This document shows positions 55,470 through 64,000 of a stretch of 64,000 nucleotides of DNA, piece after piece. Under the pieces are notes generated by a model. That model searched no databases. It was not told where the DNA came from and saw only the letters and a list, made by a program, of their open reading frames with translations. Both the position numbers and the translations under genes were made by a program. The stretch covers positions 4,587 to 68,586 of IMG/VR virus record IMGVR_UViG_2609460070_000002; one strand, written 5' to 3'. Every line of letters starts with the position of its first letter. Position 1 is the stretch's first letter. This DNA comes from a virus (lineage: Duplodnaviria; Caudoviricetes).

Positions 55470-56310
55470 GGAACTGGAATTCGTCGGCTTTGTCGGCAAG
55501 TGCATGTCTGATCCGAAGAGCTACGCTAGTGGCCTAACTCGCTGGCGTGAGCCGACCGCCAAGGAAATTGCCGACAAAGCCCTATCCGAGCTTGAGTCTG
55601 CCCGTCAGAAGGACGTGGACGCCCACGAGCGCAATCTCCCAAAGATCGAGATCAATCGCCAGTTTCGCGAGAAGATCATCGCCCTCATGAAAGAAGCCGG
55701 CATTCCGGATTCCTACAGTGAGCGTGACCTGAAAAGCCGCTCACGATTTCCGAAGAACATTCGTCATGATGCTGGATATTTGGGTGACTTGAACCGAAAC
55801 GTGAAGATCACCGACGGATTCGATCCTGCTTCATGGACCTATAACAGCCTCAAGGCTCGATATGACGAGTATGCAAAGCAAGCTGAGCAGGAAGATGCGA
55901 AGCGCAAAGCAGAGCAAGAACGCGAGGCTGCTGCCGCCCTTGAGAAACGCCGCAACGATCTGAAGCTTGCCGAGATCATCATCCGCTATGGCTTGGATGA
56001 AGCCATCGATTGGAACGGCGCTCTTGATGCTCTCCGTGGCAAGGATCAGCGCCTCGATCTGGCTGCCGCCATGTATCAGACCCGTGGAGATTGGTCCGAT
56101 GGCTACTATCGGGTCTCTGATGCAATTGGGCGCTTTATCGTCACGACGCCAGAAGACGCGGCGATTCAGACAGACATCCTGTCATGCTTCAACGACGACA
56201 TCGATGGGCGCATCTTCCGGGATACCGAATGGAACTACTCGCGCCTGTTCGACGAATCCGCCGATTCTCAATTGTCCAAGGACGTTCAGGCGGCCTTGGC
56301 AAATGTGTAG
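55462..56310 (+). CDS. Hypothetical protein
   Basis: 282-aa ORF, GGAGG RBS. Confidence 0.7.
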   Translation: MAEELEFVGFVGKCMSDPKSYASGLTRWREPTAKEIADKALSELESARQKDVDAHERNLPKIEINRQFREKIIALMKEAGIPDSYSERDLKSRSRFPKNIRHDAGYLGDLNRNVKITDGFDPASWTYNSLKARYDEYAKQAEQEDAKRKAEQEREAAAALEKRRNDLKLAEIIIRYGLDEAIDWNGALDALRGKDQRLDLAAAMYQTRGDWSDGYYRVSDAIGRFIVTTPEDAAIQTDILSCFNDDIDGRIFRDTEWNYSRLFDESADSQLSKDVQAALANV

Positions 56311-56318
56311 GGCGCTTG

Positions 56319-56675
56319 ATGCCGATCCGAGCAGAACGCAAATCCCTCTACCTTGGCGGCGGTACCCATTCGAAGGAATGGAAGGCCTTCCGCACCTCCC
56401 TCCTCGAGCGCGCCGGCAATCGCTGCGAAGGCACGCCAATGCATCCAGAGTGCCGAGCCGAGAACGGCAAGCCTCATCCTGTGACCGGCAGCAAGGTCGT
56501 GCTGACGATTGCGCATATGGATCACGACGAGAGCCACGGCGATCCGGATAGGTGCCGCGCACTTTGTCAAAAATGTCATTTGAGCTGGGACGCCAAGCAT
56601 CATGCGGCCAATGCAGCCCTCACCCGTCGCCGCAAGGCTCCCCAGATCGACATGGAGGATTTCATCAATGGCTGA
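56319..56675 (+). CDS. HNH-like protein
   Basis: RAG.RCE..C.A.N..VVLT.AH.DH....ALCQ.CH...D..HH. Confidence 0.75.
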   Translation: MPIRAERKSLYLGGGTHSKEWKAFRTSLLERAGNRCEGTPMHPECRAENGKPHPVTGSKVVLTIAHMDHDESHGDPDRCRALCQKCHLSWDAKHHAANAALTRRRKAPQIDMEDFING

Positions 56676-57024
56676 CATCGTTGAACGCCTCCGTTGGTGG
56701 GGCGCGAAGAAGCGCGCGCCAAAGAGTATGCCGACGTTGCCGGCCGACTGCGCAGAGGGCGCGGCCGAGATCGAACGCCTTCGCGCCAACCTCGATCTCC
56801 GGACAAGTAACCCAGCCGACTACCGCTATTGGGAGGGCCGGTACCGTGACGAGAAGGCTGAAAACGAGCGGCTGTTGAAGGCGCTTGAAGAAATCCGCGA
56901 TGCCCACCCGGCCGGAACGAGTTGGTCAACTATGACCGATGGCACATGGCGAGAAGCGCTTCGCGACCTTCAGCGCATCGCCCGTCTGGCGCTCGCGTCC
57001 CATAGCGGAGGGCCTTCAGCATGA
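56668..57024 (+). CDS. Hypothetical coiled-coil protein
   Basis: DIVERLR..A.EIERLR; GGAGG RBS. Confidence 0.65.
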   Translation: MADIVERLRWWGAKKRAPKSMPTLPADCAEGAAEIERLRANLDLRTSNPADYRYWEGRYRDEKAENERLLKALEEIRDAHPAGTSWSTMTDGTWREALRDLQRIARLALASHSGGPSA

Positions 57025-57227
57025 GCGTTTCATTCGACAAAGAATCGATCCTGTCCACGATCACCGATGGCATGAAGATGAAAGACCAGATGGTCAAGAA
57101 GGGCGTCACGTCTGCTCGGGTGAAATGTCCGAAATGTGACGGCATGCTTCATGCTCGCCTCGCCGGACGGAAGAACCATATCCGGCTTTGGTGCGATGGC
57201 CCATGCAAACGCCAGATGATGGAGTGA
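57021..57227 (+). CDS. Small zinc-ribbon protein
   Basis: CPKC.G..H...C...C. Confidence 0.65.
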   Translation: MSVSFDKESILSTITDGMKMKDQMVKKGVTSARVKCPKCDGMLHARLAGRKNHIRLWCDGPCKRQMME

Positions 57228-57230
57228 GCG

Positions 57231-57605
57231 ATGAGCAACCGTCTCGAATTCTCCCGAAAAACCAAGGCCACGATTATAGCTCGAGCCGCCGGCCACTGCG
57301 AAAAATGCAAGGCTGTCCTGAAGCCTGGTGAAGGCGAGGTTGACCATATCCTTCCATGCGCGCTCGGCGGCGAACCGACTATTGCCAACGGCCGGCTGAT
57401 CTGCCGAGTTTGCCACGCTGAAAAAACAGCTGCTGATATTCGCCAGATCCGCAAGTCCGACCGACAGCGCGATAAGGCGTCCGGCGCGGTGCGCCCGACC
57501 GGCAAGCTCAAGTCGGCCGGCTTTCCACGAACCGAGAAATCCGAGAAGCGCCAGACGAAGCAGCCTTTGCCGCCGCGCCAGCTCTACAGAGAGGAACAGC
57601 CATGA
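57231..57605 (+). CDS. HNH endonuclease
   Basis: R.EF..CE.C..E.DH..P.ALGG..N...C..CH..KT. Confidence 0.85.
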   Translation: MSNRLEFSRKTKATIIARAAGHCEKCKAVLKPGEGEVDHILPCALGGEPTIANGRLICRVCHAEKTAADIRQIRKSDRQRDKASGAVRPTGKLKSAGFPRTEKSEKRQTKQPLPPRQLYREEQP

Positions 57606-58291
57606 ACCCGACACCAGAGATGATCGAAGCCGCTTGCAAAGCGACAATTCTAGGCACCGTTGACAACGACGTGCCATATCACCTTGAGCCAGAAGATGCC
57701 CGCATGGCCCTCACCGCAGCCCTTGCGCTGATACCGGGCGATCCGGAAGGCGTTGTGGTCTGGTATGACCCGGAGCGGGATCTCGATGCGATGCGCCCTC
57801 GCAAGGTGATCGATGCCAGCATCGGCTTCTTGGAAACTGCAGAACTCGGCACGAAGCTCTACACCTCCCCCACTCCCCACCTCTCAGCTCTGGCGAATGC
57901 AGAACTCCAATCCACCGCCGACTCCCGCATAGCCGAGCTTGAGCAGCAAATAGCGAACATCAAGGCAAGCCGTGATCTACAGGTCACGATTGCAGTGGGT
58001 GAGGAAGAGCGGGCGCGGAAGGCCGAAACGGAATGCGTCGATCTGCGGTCGCGGCTGTCCACTGCTTACAGCGTCAAAGCAGACTGCAACGATGAAGCGA
58101 ATTTCCAGCGTAGAAAGCGGATCGAAGCCGAAGTCCTTTTGGAAGAGGCGCGCGGCGTTCTGGAATGGTACGCGAGCCCAGAGATTTATAAACCCCATCC
58201 ACATGGCCTCGCATTCGACCGACGCGATCTGAGTTCCAGCGCGAAATCGTTCCTCTCCAAACTGGAGGGCTCTTCTCATGCAGAAGCTTGA
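57602..58291 (+). CDS. Hypothetical mosaic protein
   Basis: PTPEMIEAA start, coiled-coil body. Confidence 0.6.
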   Translation: MNPTPEMIEAACKATILGTVDNDVPYHLEPEDARMALTAALALIPGDPEGVVVWYDPERDLDAMRPRKVIDASIGFLETAELGTKLYTSPTPHLSALANAELQSTADSRIAELEQQIANIKASRDLQVTIAVGEEERARKAETECVDLRSRLSTAYSVKADCNDEANFQRRKRIEAEVLLEEARGVLEWYASPEIYKPHPHGLAFDRRDLSSSAKSFLSKLEGSSHAEA

Positions 58292-58299
58292 AGAGCTGA

Positions 58300-58770
58300 T
58301 CAGTCGGCGGCTGCCTTCTTGGCCTTCTCGCGACGCTTCAGCTCCCGTTCGATTGCGGCGCGTATCAAGGTCAGACGATCCTCTTCAGGCTCGCGTGCAG
58401 CATCGATCCCAGCCAGCATCTCGTCTGACAGGGGCAGCGTTATCCGATTCGGAAATTCCTTCTTGCGTCCCACTGACCTCTTCGCCTTCACCCAATTGCC
58501 ATCAGCAGATATCGCGGCATCGATTGCCGCTATCGCTTGCTCCAATGAGACGCGAAACCATTCGCCAGACTCGCGATGATCTTTCAGTACCCAATGAGCA
58601 TGAGCTTCAATCATGCCAGCTACTGACGAGTCAACCTCACGGGAATGCAGCACGGACACAACCTTTGAATTACCGCTCTGGATGGCCTTCAGGCGGCGGG
58701 AAGGATCAGTTGCAATCCCTATCTTCTTCGAGGTGGAACGGCCGCCAATCACATAAACGAACATGCGCAA
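58300..58770 (-). CDS. GIY-YIG (T5orf172-like) nuclease fused to an RHH domain
   Basis: VYVI..KIG.A.DP.RRL..Q.GN..E..H..GEWF; C-terminal RITLPLS.EMLA.ID..IR.AI..EL. Confidence 0.8.
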   Translation of the reverse strand: MRMFVYVIGGRSTSKKIGIATDPSRRLKAIQSGNSKVVSVLHSREVDSSVAGMIEAHAHWVLKDHRESGEWFRVSLEQAIAAIDAAISADGNWVKAKRSVGRKKEFPNRITLPLSDEMLAGIDAAREPEEDRLTLIRAAIERELKRREKAKKAAAD

Positions 58771-58803
58771 TCTCCAATTTTTCGTATCTACGATTGACTA
58801 GTT

Positions 58804-58838
58804 ATCATACATACGTTATCACTTCAATCATACATACG
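58804..58838. promoter_or_regulatory. Direct repeats in a divergent promoter
   Basis: ATCATACATACG x2 (58804, 58827) next to TTGACT. Confidence 0.55.
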
Positions 58839-58853
58839 ATTGGAGCAACGAAA

Positions 58854-59141
58854 ATGGCGAACATCAAATACTTCAACAGCTCGAACGAACTCCAGAAGGT
58901 TCGCGAAATCGGCGGCAAGCTTTTTGGCTACGTCAACATCGAAGATTTGTATTTCGTCGCCGGCGAGGGCTGGAAGGGCTTCACCGCTGTAGAGCGGAAG
59001 GTCGAGTTCAAGTCGAACCCCTCTCGTCATATCTGTGACGATCGTTGCGTCAACGCCACGGGCCGCATCATGAAGTGCGAATGCTCTTGCGGCGGAAAGA
59101 ACCACGGTCGCGGCTCCTCGATGATGTGCGAGGCAGCGTGA
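58854..59141 (+). CDS. Cys-rich small protein
   Basis: C..RC..A.G...C.CSCGG.NHG; GGAG RBS. Confidence 0.7.
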   Translation: MANIKYFNSSNELQKVREIGGKLFGYVNIEDLYFVAGEGWKGFTAVERKVEFKSNPSRHICDDRCVNATGRIMKCECSCGGKNHGRGSSMMCEAA

Positions 59142-59142
59142 G

Positions 59143-59403
59143 ATGAAGAAGCAGGAATCGTATTGGAGTTTTCGGGCTCCAGACACCCCAGAGTTCTCCG
59201 ATCTGCCACAAGGCATTTTTGCTGGTACCGAGCAGGGTTGGAACTCCCTATCCCCAGGATATCGACGCACGATCTGGAATGAAGCGACCAAGCGCCAGAA
59301 GCGCGAAGAATCCGTCCTCGCTGAGGATGACGCGCGGCTGAAGCGTGCCGATGAGCTTCATCACCGAGGCGGAGTCCAGATCACGGCAAGGGAAGCGCTA
59401 TGA
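59143..59403 (+). CDS. Hypothetical protein
   Basis: Operon context. Confidence 0.55.
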   Translation: MKKQESYWSFRAPDTPEFSDLPQGIFAGTEQGWNSLSPGYRRTIWNEATKRQKREESVLAEDDARLKRADELHHRGGVQITAREAL

Positions 59404-59726
59404 CCATTGAAGAGCTGATTGCAGCGCTGGACGGCGGACACTGGCAGGCGAGTGTCTACCACTGCCCGCCACCGAGGAACAGACGTGACAACCCGATAAA
59501 AAACGCAACTCTCATGCGCCTGAGCCCAAGCTTTCCGAATGAATCTTCGGCTTTGGAATATGCATCCAAAGCAATAGCGTCGGGATGGGCCGGAAATACA
59601 ATTGTGCATCAGGAAAGCGCCAAGCCATTGGCCTCCTTCATACTTTCGCGTGATGCGATTGATGTCATCGGGCGCTCTATCCCCACCCTCCGCGCCTTCG
59701 CTCAGGAGAAGAACAATGCCGAATGA
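59400..59726 (+). CDS. Hypothetical protein
   Basis: ATGA-coupled. Confidence 0.5.
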   Translation: MTIEELIAALDGGHWQASVYHCPPPRNRRDNPIKNATLMRLSPSFPNESSALEYASKAIASGWAGNTIVHQESAKPLASFILSRDAIDVIGRSIPTLRAFAQEKNNAE

Positions 59727-60768
59727 ACCGATCGCTCACCTTGTTTGGCTTCAGGGCCGTCTCGCGCCGGACGATGTCGAAGACTACTACGAGGTGGCTC
59801 GCCCTGGCGACACATCCGTTGATGGTTCTGATCCATTCCCGGTTTACCGCGCCTCCCCCTCCGATGCTGAACGGCATGAGAGGTCACCAAAATCGAATAT
59901 GCTCGAAATCGCCGTAACTGCGGTTCTGGAAGCAGACAAGGAATTTCGTTCCAATATGCCCGATGAGTGGGATGGCGATCCGTTGAGCGGTGAACTGGAC
60001 GGATTGCGGCGCATATTCGAAGCTCATCTATCCGCCCCACCCCCACCCGCAGCAGTGCAAGAGCCGGTGGCCGTGAAGGCGGTCGAAATCGAGGAGCTGA
60101 TCGAGGAGCTTCTGGATGCGCAGCAAGACATCAACCTTGCTGCAAATACCACTATGGATCAGTCACTTTGCAACGCCTCGGCTTTGATTGACAAAACGGA
60201 AACATTTCTCCGCCGCATCCGCTCCGCTCTCTCCACCTCCCAAAGCGACCCCGCACCCGAGATAAGTGTGAGCGGTGATACAATCGAGCGCGTAGCCAAG
60301 GCGCTGGCGTTGGATATGTATCCGGATACGCGATGGCCTGACAGTGAAGCAGACGCAAACAGTGGGATTGACGACCGACAGGGCCGCCATCCGGTTAGCT
60401 GGCATTTTGCGAGTAAGTGCAGAAGCCAAGCCCTCGCCGCCATTATCGCCATACCCACGCCCGCACTGAGGGAAGACTCCGCACCCGAGATGGTAGTGAG
60501 CGGTAAGCCATCTAGGTTCTTATTCGACCGGATAGACCCTGTATCTGGAGCAGTTGTCGAGGAAGTTTCAAAAATCGATAGGACAGGAGAGCCTTATATA
60601 CAAAATGTGAGGTCGCTCTATGAAATCGCCGAACAGATGGCAGACGCGGCCCAAATTACCAACCCGTTTCGAGATTTAGTCGTTCGGGCTCAAGCAATAA
60701 TATCCGAATCGACTTACCCTAAGTGGCATGCAGATGCCCAATCTTCCCTCTGCGGGGAGGGAAAGTAG
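59716..60768 (+). CDS. Mosaic multi-segment hypothetical protein
   Basis: AGGAG RBS; linker repeats D.APE..VSG. Confidence 0.65.
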   Translation: MPNEPIAHLVWLQGRLAPDDVEDYYEVARPGDTSVDGSDPFPVYRASPSDAERHERSPKSNMLEIAVTAVLEADKEFRSNMPDEWDGDPLSGELDGLRRIFEAHLSAPPPPAAVQEPVAVKAVEIEELIEELLDAQQDINLAANTTMDQSLCNASALIDKTETFLRRIRSALSTSQSDPAPEISVSGDTIERVAKALALDMYPDTRWPDSEADANSGIDDRQGRHPVSWHFASKCRSQALAAIIAIPTPALREDSAPEMVVSGKPSRFLFDRIDPVSGAVVEEVSKIDRTGEPYIQNVRSLYEIAEQMADAAQITNPFRDLVVRAQAIISESTYPKWHADAQSSLCGEGK

Positions 60769-61224
60769 ATGAGCATCCGATTGATCCAAGACCTACATGC
60801 TGGCATCAGCCGGCACGATTGGGAAGCTGTCGAAACCGCAGCGAACCGGCTTCGCGATGAGATTGAGCAAACGATCCATCTCTTGGCTGGAACGGGCAAC
60901 GGCGGATTGCCGAATGACTACCCGCTTTCAAAGCTCGCGACGGACGCCCTCAACACCGCGCCTGAGATAGCCGCAGCAAGACAGGCCGAACGTGATCTCT
61001 GTAATGATATCGTGCGCAAAGCATGGGGCGATAAAATCAGCGTTGATGCGATGGCCGAGATATCCGTGCTTAGGGTTGAGAACGAGCGGTTGCGGAAGGC
61101 GTTGGAACCGTTCGCCAAAGCACCATACATGGGTGCAAATGCCTTCAACCGCGCGGCTCTGTCAGATCAAGATTTCCGCCGTGCCCGCGCCGCCGTCGCC
61201 CCTGAGCAAGAGGAGGCGAAGTGA
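60769..61224 (+). CDS. Hypothetical protein
   Basis: ENERLRKALEPFA..DFRRARAA. Confidence 0.6.
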   Translation: MSIRLIQDLHAGISRHDWEAVETAANRLRDEIEQTIHLLAGTGNGGLPNDYPLSKLATDALNTAPEIAAARQAERDLCNDIVRKAWGDKISVDAMAEISVLRVENERLRKALEPFAKAPYMGANAFNRAALSDQDFRRARAAVAPEQEEAK

Positions 61225-61472
61225 TGGCAGACAAATCACGCGAAGACCTTGAATGGGAAGATATCGGCTATTTTGATGATGACGCCGCAGACTGCGATTG
61301 CTCGCACCCCGATATCGACATCCTGACAGGCGAGGCTTGGTGTTATCAGTGCCACAGGAAGTGGTGGCTATCCTCGGAAGAAATCTCCCGCGAGATCGAA
61401 TTTCAGCGCGAATACATGGAGTGCGTTGAAGCCGAAGCCGCCCTCTCAGAGGCACAGGAGGGGCGGAAGTGA
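61221..61472 (+). CDS. Small acidic Zn-binding protein
   Basis: C.H..DILTG.A.C..C..W. Confidence 0.6.
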   Translation: MMADKSREDLEWEDIGYFDDDAADCDCSHPDIDILTGEAWCYQCHRKWWLSSEEISREIEFQREYMECVEAEAALSEAQEGRK

Positions 61473-61795
61473 AAAAGCCGATCGACAAGGAATGGTTTGA
61501 GAAGCGCGCGGCAGCCGAAAGAGATCTTGAGATCGGCGCCGGTCGCCGGTTCGTGCCGCCCGCTTATGACAACTGCACCTGCGATTGCCACAGTGGCAGT
61601 GGCAAGCTCCATATCGTCGCCTGCTGCAACCCGCCGAAGGAAGACAACGGCCATCTCTGGCACGAGCGCGTCTTCTCCTCAATGCAACTTAAATGCTGCA
61701 TGATGTGCGGTTTCATCAAGAACGAAGATCAGCCGAACAAGGCGTGCCCTGGCTTTGTGGCCGTGGAAGTTCGCGGAAAGGACTCCTCCCAATGA
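61469..61795 (+). CDS. Small Cys-rich protein
   Basis: KEWF..RAA.E.D.EIGAG leader; CTCDCH..CC, CC..CG..CPG. Confidence 0.6.
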   Translation: MKKPIDKEWFEKRAAAERDLEIGAGRRFVPPAYDNCTCDCHSGSGKLHIVACCNPPKEDNGHLWHERVFSSMQLKCCMMCGFIKNEDQPNKACPGFVAVEVRGKDSSQ

Positions 61796-62279
61796 CCACA
61801 CCATACGATAAGGCTCTGGAGCCATGTCCATTCTGCGGAAACTCTGACATCCGGTTTGATCGGCATCGCGGTGCCGGAAGGGGATTCCATTCTGGCGAGG
61901 ATGTTTGGAGCATGTGCTGCTACAAATGCGGCGCCTCAGTCCCTAACATGTTCGAGGACTACGGCCGGCAAAAAATGGTGGAGGCTTGGAACCGTCGCGC
62001 GCCTCTCCCTATAGCTGGGAAAGGGGATGAGGGGTGGCGGCCGATAGAGACGGCGCCGAAGGATGGGACGCCGATCCTTGCAATCTACCCATGGCGGGGG
62101 TCCCCCCGCTTCATGGTTATTCGAAGACACAAGGAACACCTTGGTGGATGGCCGACCACGATAGTTACATCAAGCATGATGATAGTAAGGATACTCACCG
62201 GAACTTTGGTTTCACCCATTGGCGTCCTCTCCCAGCTCCTCCCTCCATACTGTCTGAAGATACGGAGGGTGGGGTATGA
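61792..62279 (+). pseudogene. Lar-family restriction alleviation + DUF551 fusion, frameshifted near 62140
   Basis: L.PCPFCG..C..CGA..WNRR, then W.PIETAPKDG; the closing THWRPLPAPP lies in the -1 frame. Confidence 0.7.
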
Positions 62280-62719
62280 GCGATTTCACGATGAAGCTCG
62301 GCAATTTTGAGGCGATCCCCGAAGAGGGCAGCGGAAACTTTGCCACTAGCATCTACGAGGATGACTATGACGGGCTACTGATCGCGCGATGCAATCAGAA
62401 CGGCCGTTATCCAGAACATGCCCGCGCAATCCTTGAGGGATTGAACGGCAAGAGGCATGGTCTTGATCAGATCACGACCCTCACCGCCGAACGAGACTCC
62501 CTCAAGGCCCTGTGCGACGAGATGGCGAGAGAGGCGAGACTACAGGCCTTGGAAGAGGCTGCCAAGATCGCCGAGAATGAAGGCAAGAGCTGCGACGATG
62601 ATTATCCTGGCGAGACATGGATTGCCGGCCAAATAGCCGCCGCCATCCGCGCCCTCTCGGAATCCTCCCCCAATCCCTTGCAAGAACAAACTGCCAACAT
62701 CGGCAAGGAGGGCGGATGA
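62276..62719 (+). CDS. Hypothetical protein
   Basis: ALEEAAKIAE..IAAAIRAL tail; ATGA coupling. Confidence 0.6.
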   Translation: MSDFTMKLGNFEAIPEEGSGNFATSIYEDDYDGLLIARCNQNGRYPEHARAILEGLNGKRHGLDQITTLTAERDSLKALCDEMAREARLQALEEAAKIAENEGKSCDDDYPGETWIAGQIAAAIRALSESSPNPLQEQTANIGKEGG

Positions 62720-62892
62720 CAGCCTCAGCCCTTGTCAAGCAATCGGATCTGAAACGCATGGCCCAGATCGCCAAGAGCGAGGGAGTACGCGTCGAGATCG
62801 AAGTCAACGGGAAAATCATCAGGGTTTCACCCGATATCCCCGTTATCCACAAGCCAAGGAAGGTTGAACTACCAGATGACTTTGCCCTCTGA
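62716..62892 (+). CDS. Putative excisionase/RDF
   Basis: 58-aa ORF directly before the integrase; VKQ.DL.R......G.RVEI..G.IR. Confidence 0.55.
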   Translation: MTASALVKQSDLKRMAQIAKSEGVRVEIEVNGKIIRVSPDIPVIHKPRKVELPDDFAL

Positions 62893-62899
62893 TGAGGGG

Positions 62900-64000
62900 A
62901 TGCCAAAACCCCTTCCTAAACACGTCACGAAGACAATCACCCGGTACGGGAAGGTGCTGTTCTATTTCCGCATCGACAAGGGGCCGAGGGTCCGACTTCC
63001 TGACGATCCCAGCAGCCATGAGTTCGACATGGCCTATGCTGAATGCTTGGCATCGAAGCCAAAGCCACGAAACAAGTCCCCAGCCGCCGCGAGGACTATG
63101 GAATGGCTGATCGGTCGATATATGGAAAGCGGCACATGGGTGACGCTCTCTGACGGCACGAGGCGCCAACGCTCCAACATCTTCAAGCATGTTGTAGAGA
63201 AAAATGGCCAAGTCGAATTTTCAGCCATCACGACGAAGCATATCCGCAACCGGATCGACCAGATGGCAAAGACGCCCGTGCAGGCGAATAACTATCTGAA
63301 GGCGATGACCGGCCTCTTCCAATGGGCGGTGAAGAACGACCATCGGGGAAACAACCCATGCCAAGGCGTTGAGCGGCTGACGGTTAAATCAGATGGTTTC
63401 CCGGCGTGGACCATAGAAGACGCCAAGGCATTCAGGTCTATTTGGGCCGAAGGAACGATGCAAAGGCTCGCGTTCGAGCTTCTGCTTCATGTCGGAAGTC
63501 GTAGGGGAGATTTGACCGATATGGGCCGCCAGCATCTGCGCGGCAATGTCCTGTCATTCAGGACTGGCAAGACGGGTTCGGTCGTAACCGTCGAGTTGCC
63601 TCAGTACGTCCTTGACCTGATCGAAAAGACCGAAGTGAAAAAGGGCGTCCTGCATTTCATCGTGACGTCTCATGGCAAGCCGTTCAGCAAGCCAGGATTT
63701 GGGAACTGGTTCGGAGAGGCTGCACGCAAGGCCGATGTCTTCAAGAACGCTCATGGGCTTCGGAAGCTCGCAGCTACAGTGGCCGCCGACGAAGGCGCGA
63801 CAGCCCATGAGCTTATGGCTCAATTCGGCTGGGCCAACCCAAAACAAGCAGAAGTTTACACTCGGGGAGCTGATCGGGCGAAGCTTGGGATCAGGTCTTC
63901 CAAGCGGGTTGCCGAACGGGTGAAGAACGAAGTTCCCCCAAACAGTGAACCCGAAGCCCCCAAACACCTGCCGGACACGCTGGGAAACAAGGCTTCCTGA
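62900..64000 (+). CDS. int: Tyrosine integrase
   Basis: G.RRGD (R), KT (K), HGLRK (HxxR), FGW, VYT (Y); arm-binding YFR..GPR.RL. Confidence 0.95.
   Translation: MPKPLPKHVTKTITRYGKVLFYFRIDKGPRVRLPDDPSSHEFDMAYAECLASKPKPRNKSPAAARTMEWLIGRYMESGTWVTLSDGTRRQRSNIFKHVVEKNGQVEFSAITTKHIRNRIDQMAKTPVQANNYLKAMTGLFQWAVKNDHRGNNPCQGVERLTVKSDGFPAWTIEDAKAFRSIWAEGTMQRLAFELLLHVGSRRGDLTDMGRQHLRGNVLSFRTGKTGSVVTVELPQYVLDLIEKTEVKKGVLHFIVTSHGKPFSKPGFGNWFGEAARKADVFKNAHGLRKLAATVAADEGATAHELMAQFGWANPKQAEVYTRGADRAKLGIRSSKRVAERVKNEVPPNSEPEAPKHLPDTLGNKAS

Larger units (their letters stand above)
1..64000. mobile_element. Temperate myophage/prophage (integrase to endolysin), truncated by the window edges
   Basis: Continuous syntenic phage modules: integrase, cI/cro, DnaB, terminase, portal, capsid, sheath, baseplate, lysin. 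Confidence 0.97.

Noticed and set aside
63900-64000. att site
   Set aside because: The window ends at the integrase stop; no flanking repeat can be evaluated.

Overview
The window is most of one temperate contractile-tailed (Bcep781/Aaphi23-type structural module) phage or prophage. GcrA-like, BrnA-like and DnaA-domain-IV-like genes point to an alphaproteobacterial, probably Rhizobiaceae, host. The minus strand runs from the cro side of the immunity switch (46.8 kb) leftwards. It carries replication/regulation genes (GcrA-like, RuvC-like, SF2 helicase + DNA MTase, DnaB), an atypical tRNA-Met(CAT), then terminase, portal, MuF, a NUDIX-DUF2213 protease, capsid, sheath/tube/TMP, baseplate and fibres, ending in a GH108 endolysin cut off at position 1. 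The plus strand carries cI, the early recombination/accessory operon (pentapeptide protein, Bet-like SSAP, several HNH nucleases), an Xis-like gene and a tyrosine integrase that ends at base 64000. No CRISPR, rRNA, reverse transcriptase or IS element was seen. The main points of interest are: (1) a ~65-aa GTGTGG.GTY module in 7 copies across four virion proteins, twice nested inside itself; (2) an intact NUDIX domain bracketed by probable A-x-D maturation sites on the head protease; (3) an endolysin replacement scar next to an antisense endonuclease; (4) CCUCCUCCC cuckoo-type hairpins; (5) a short initiator-like gene with iteron-like repeats next to cI; (6) a signal-peptide-bearing tail-fibre-like protein. 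All calls come from manual motif reading; no databases were searched.
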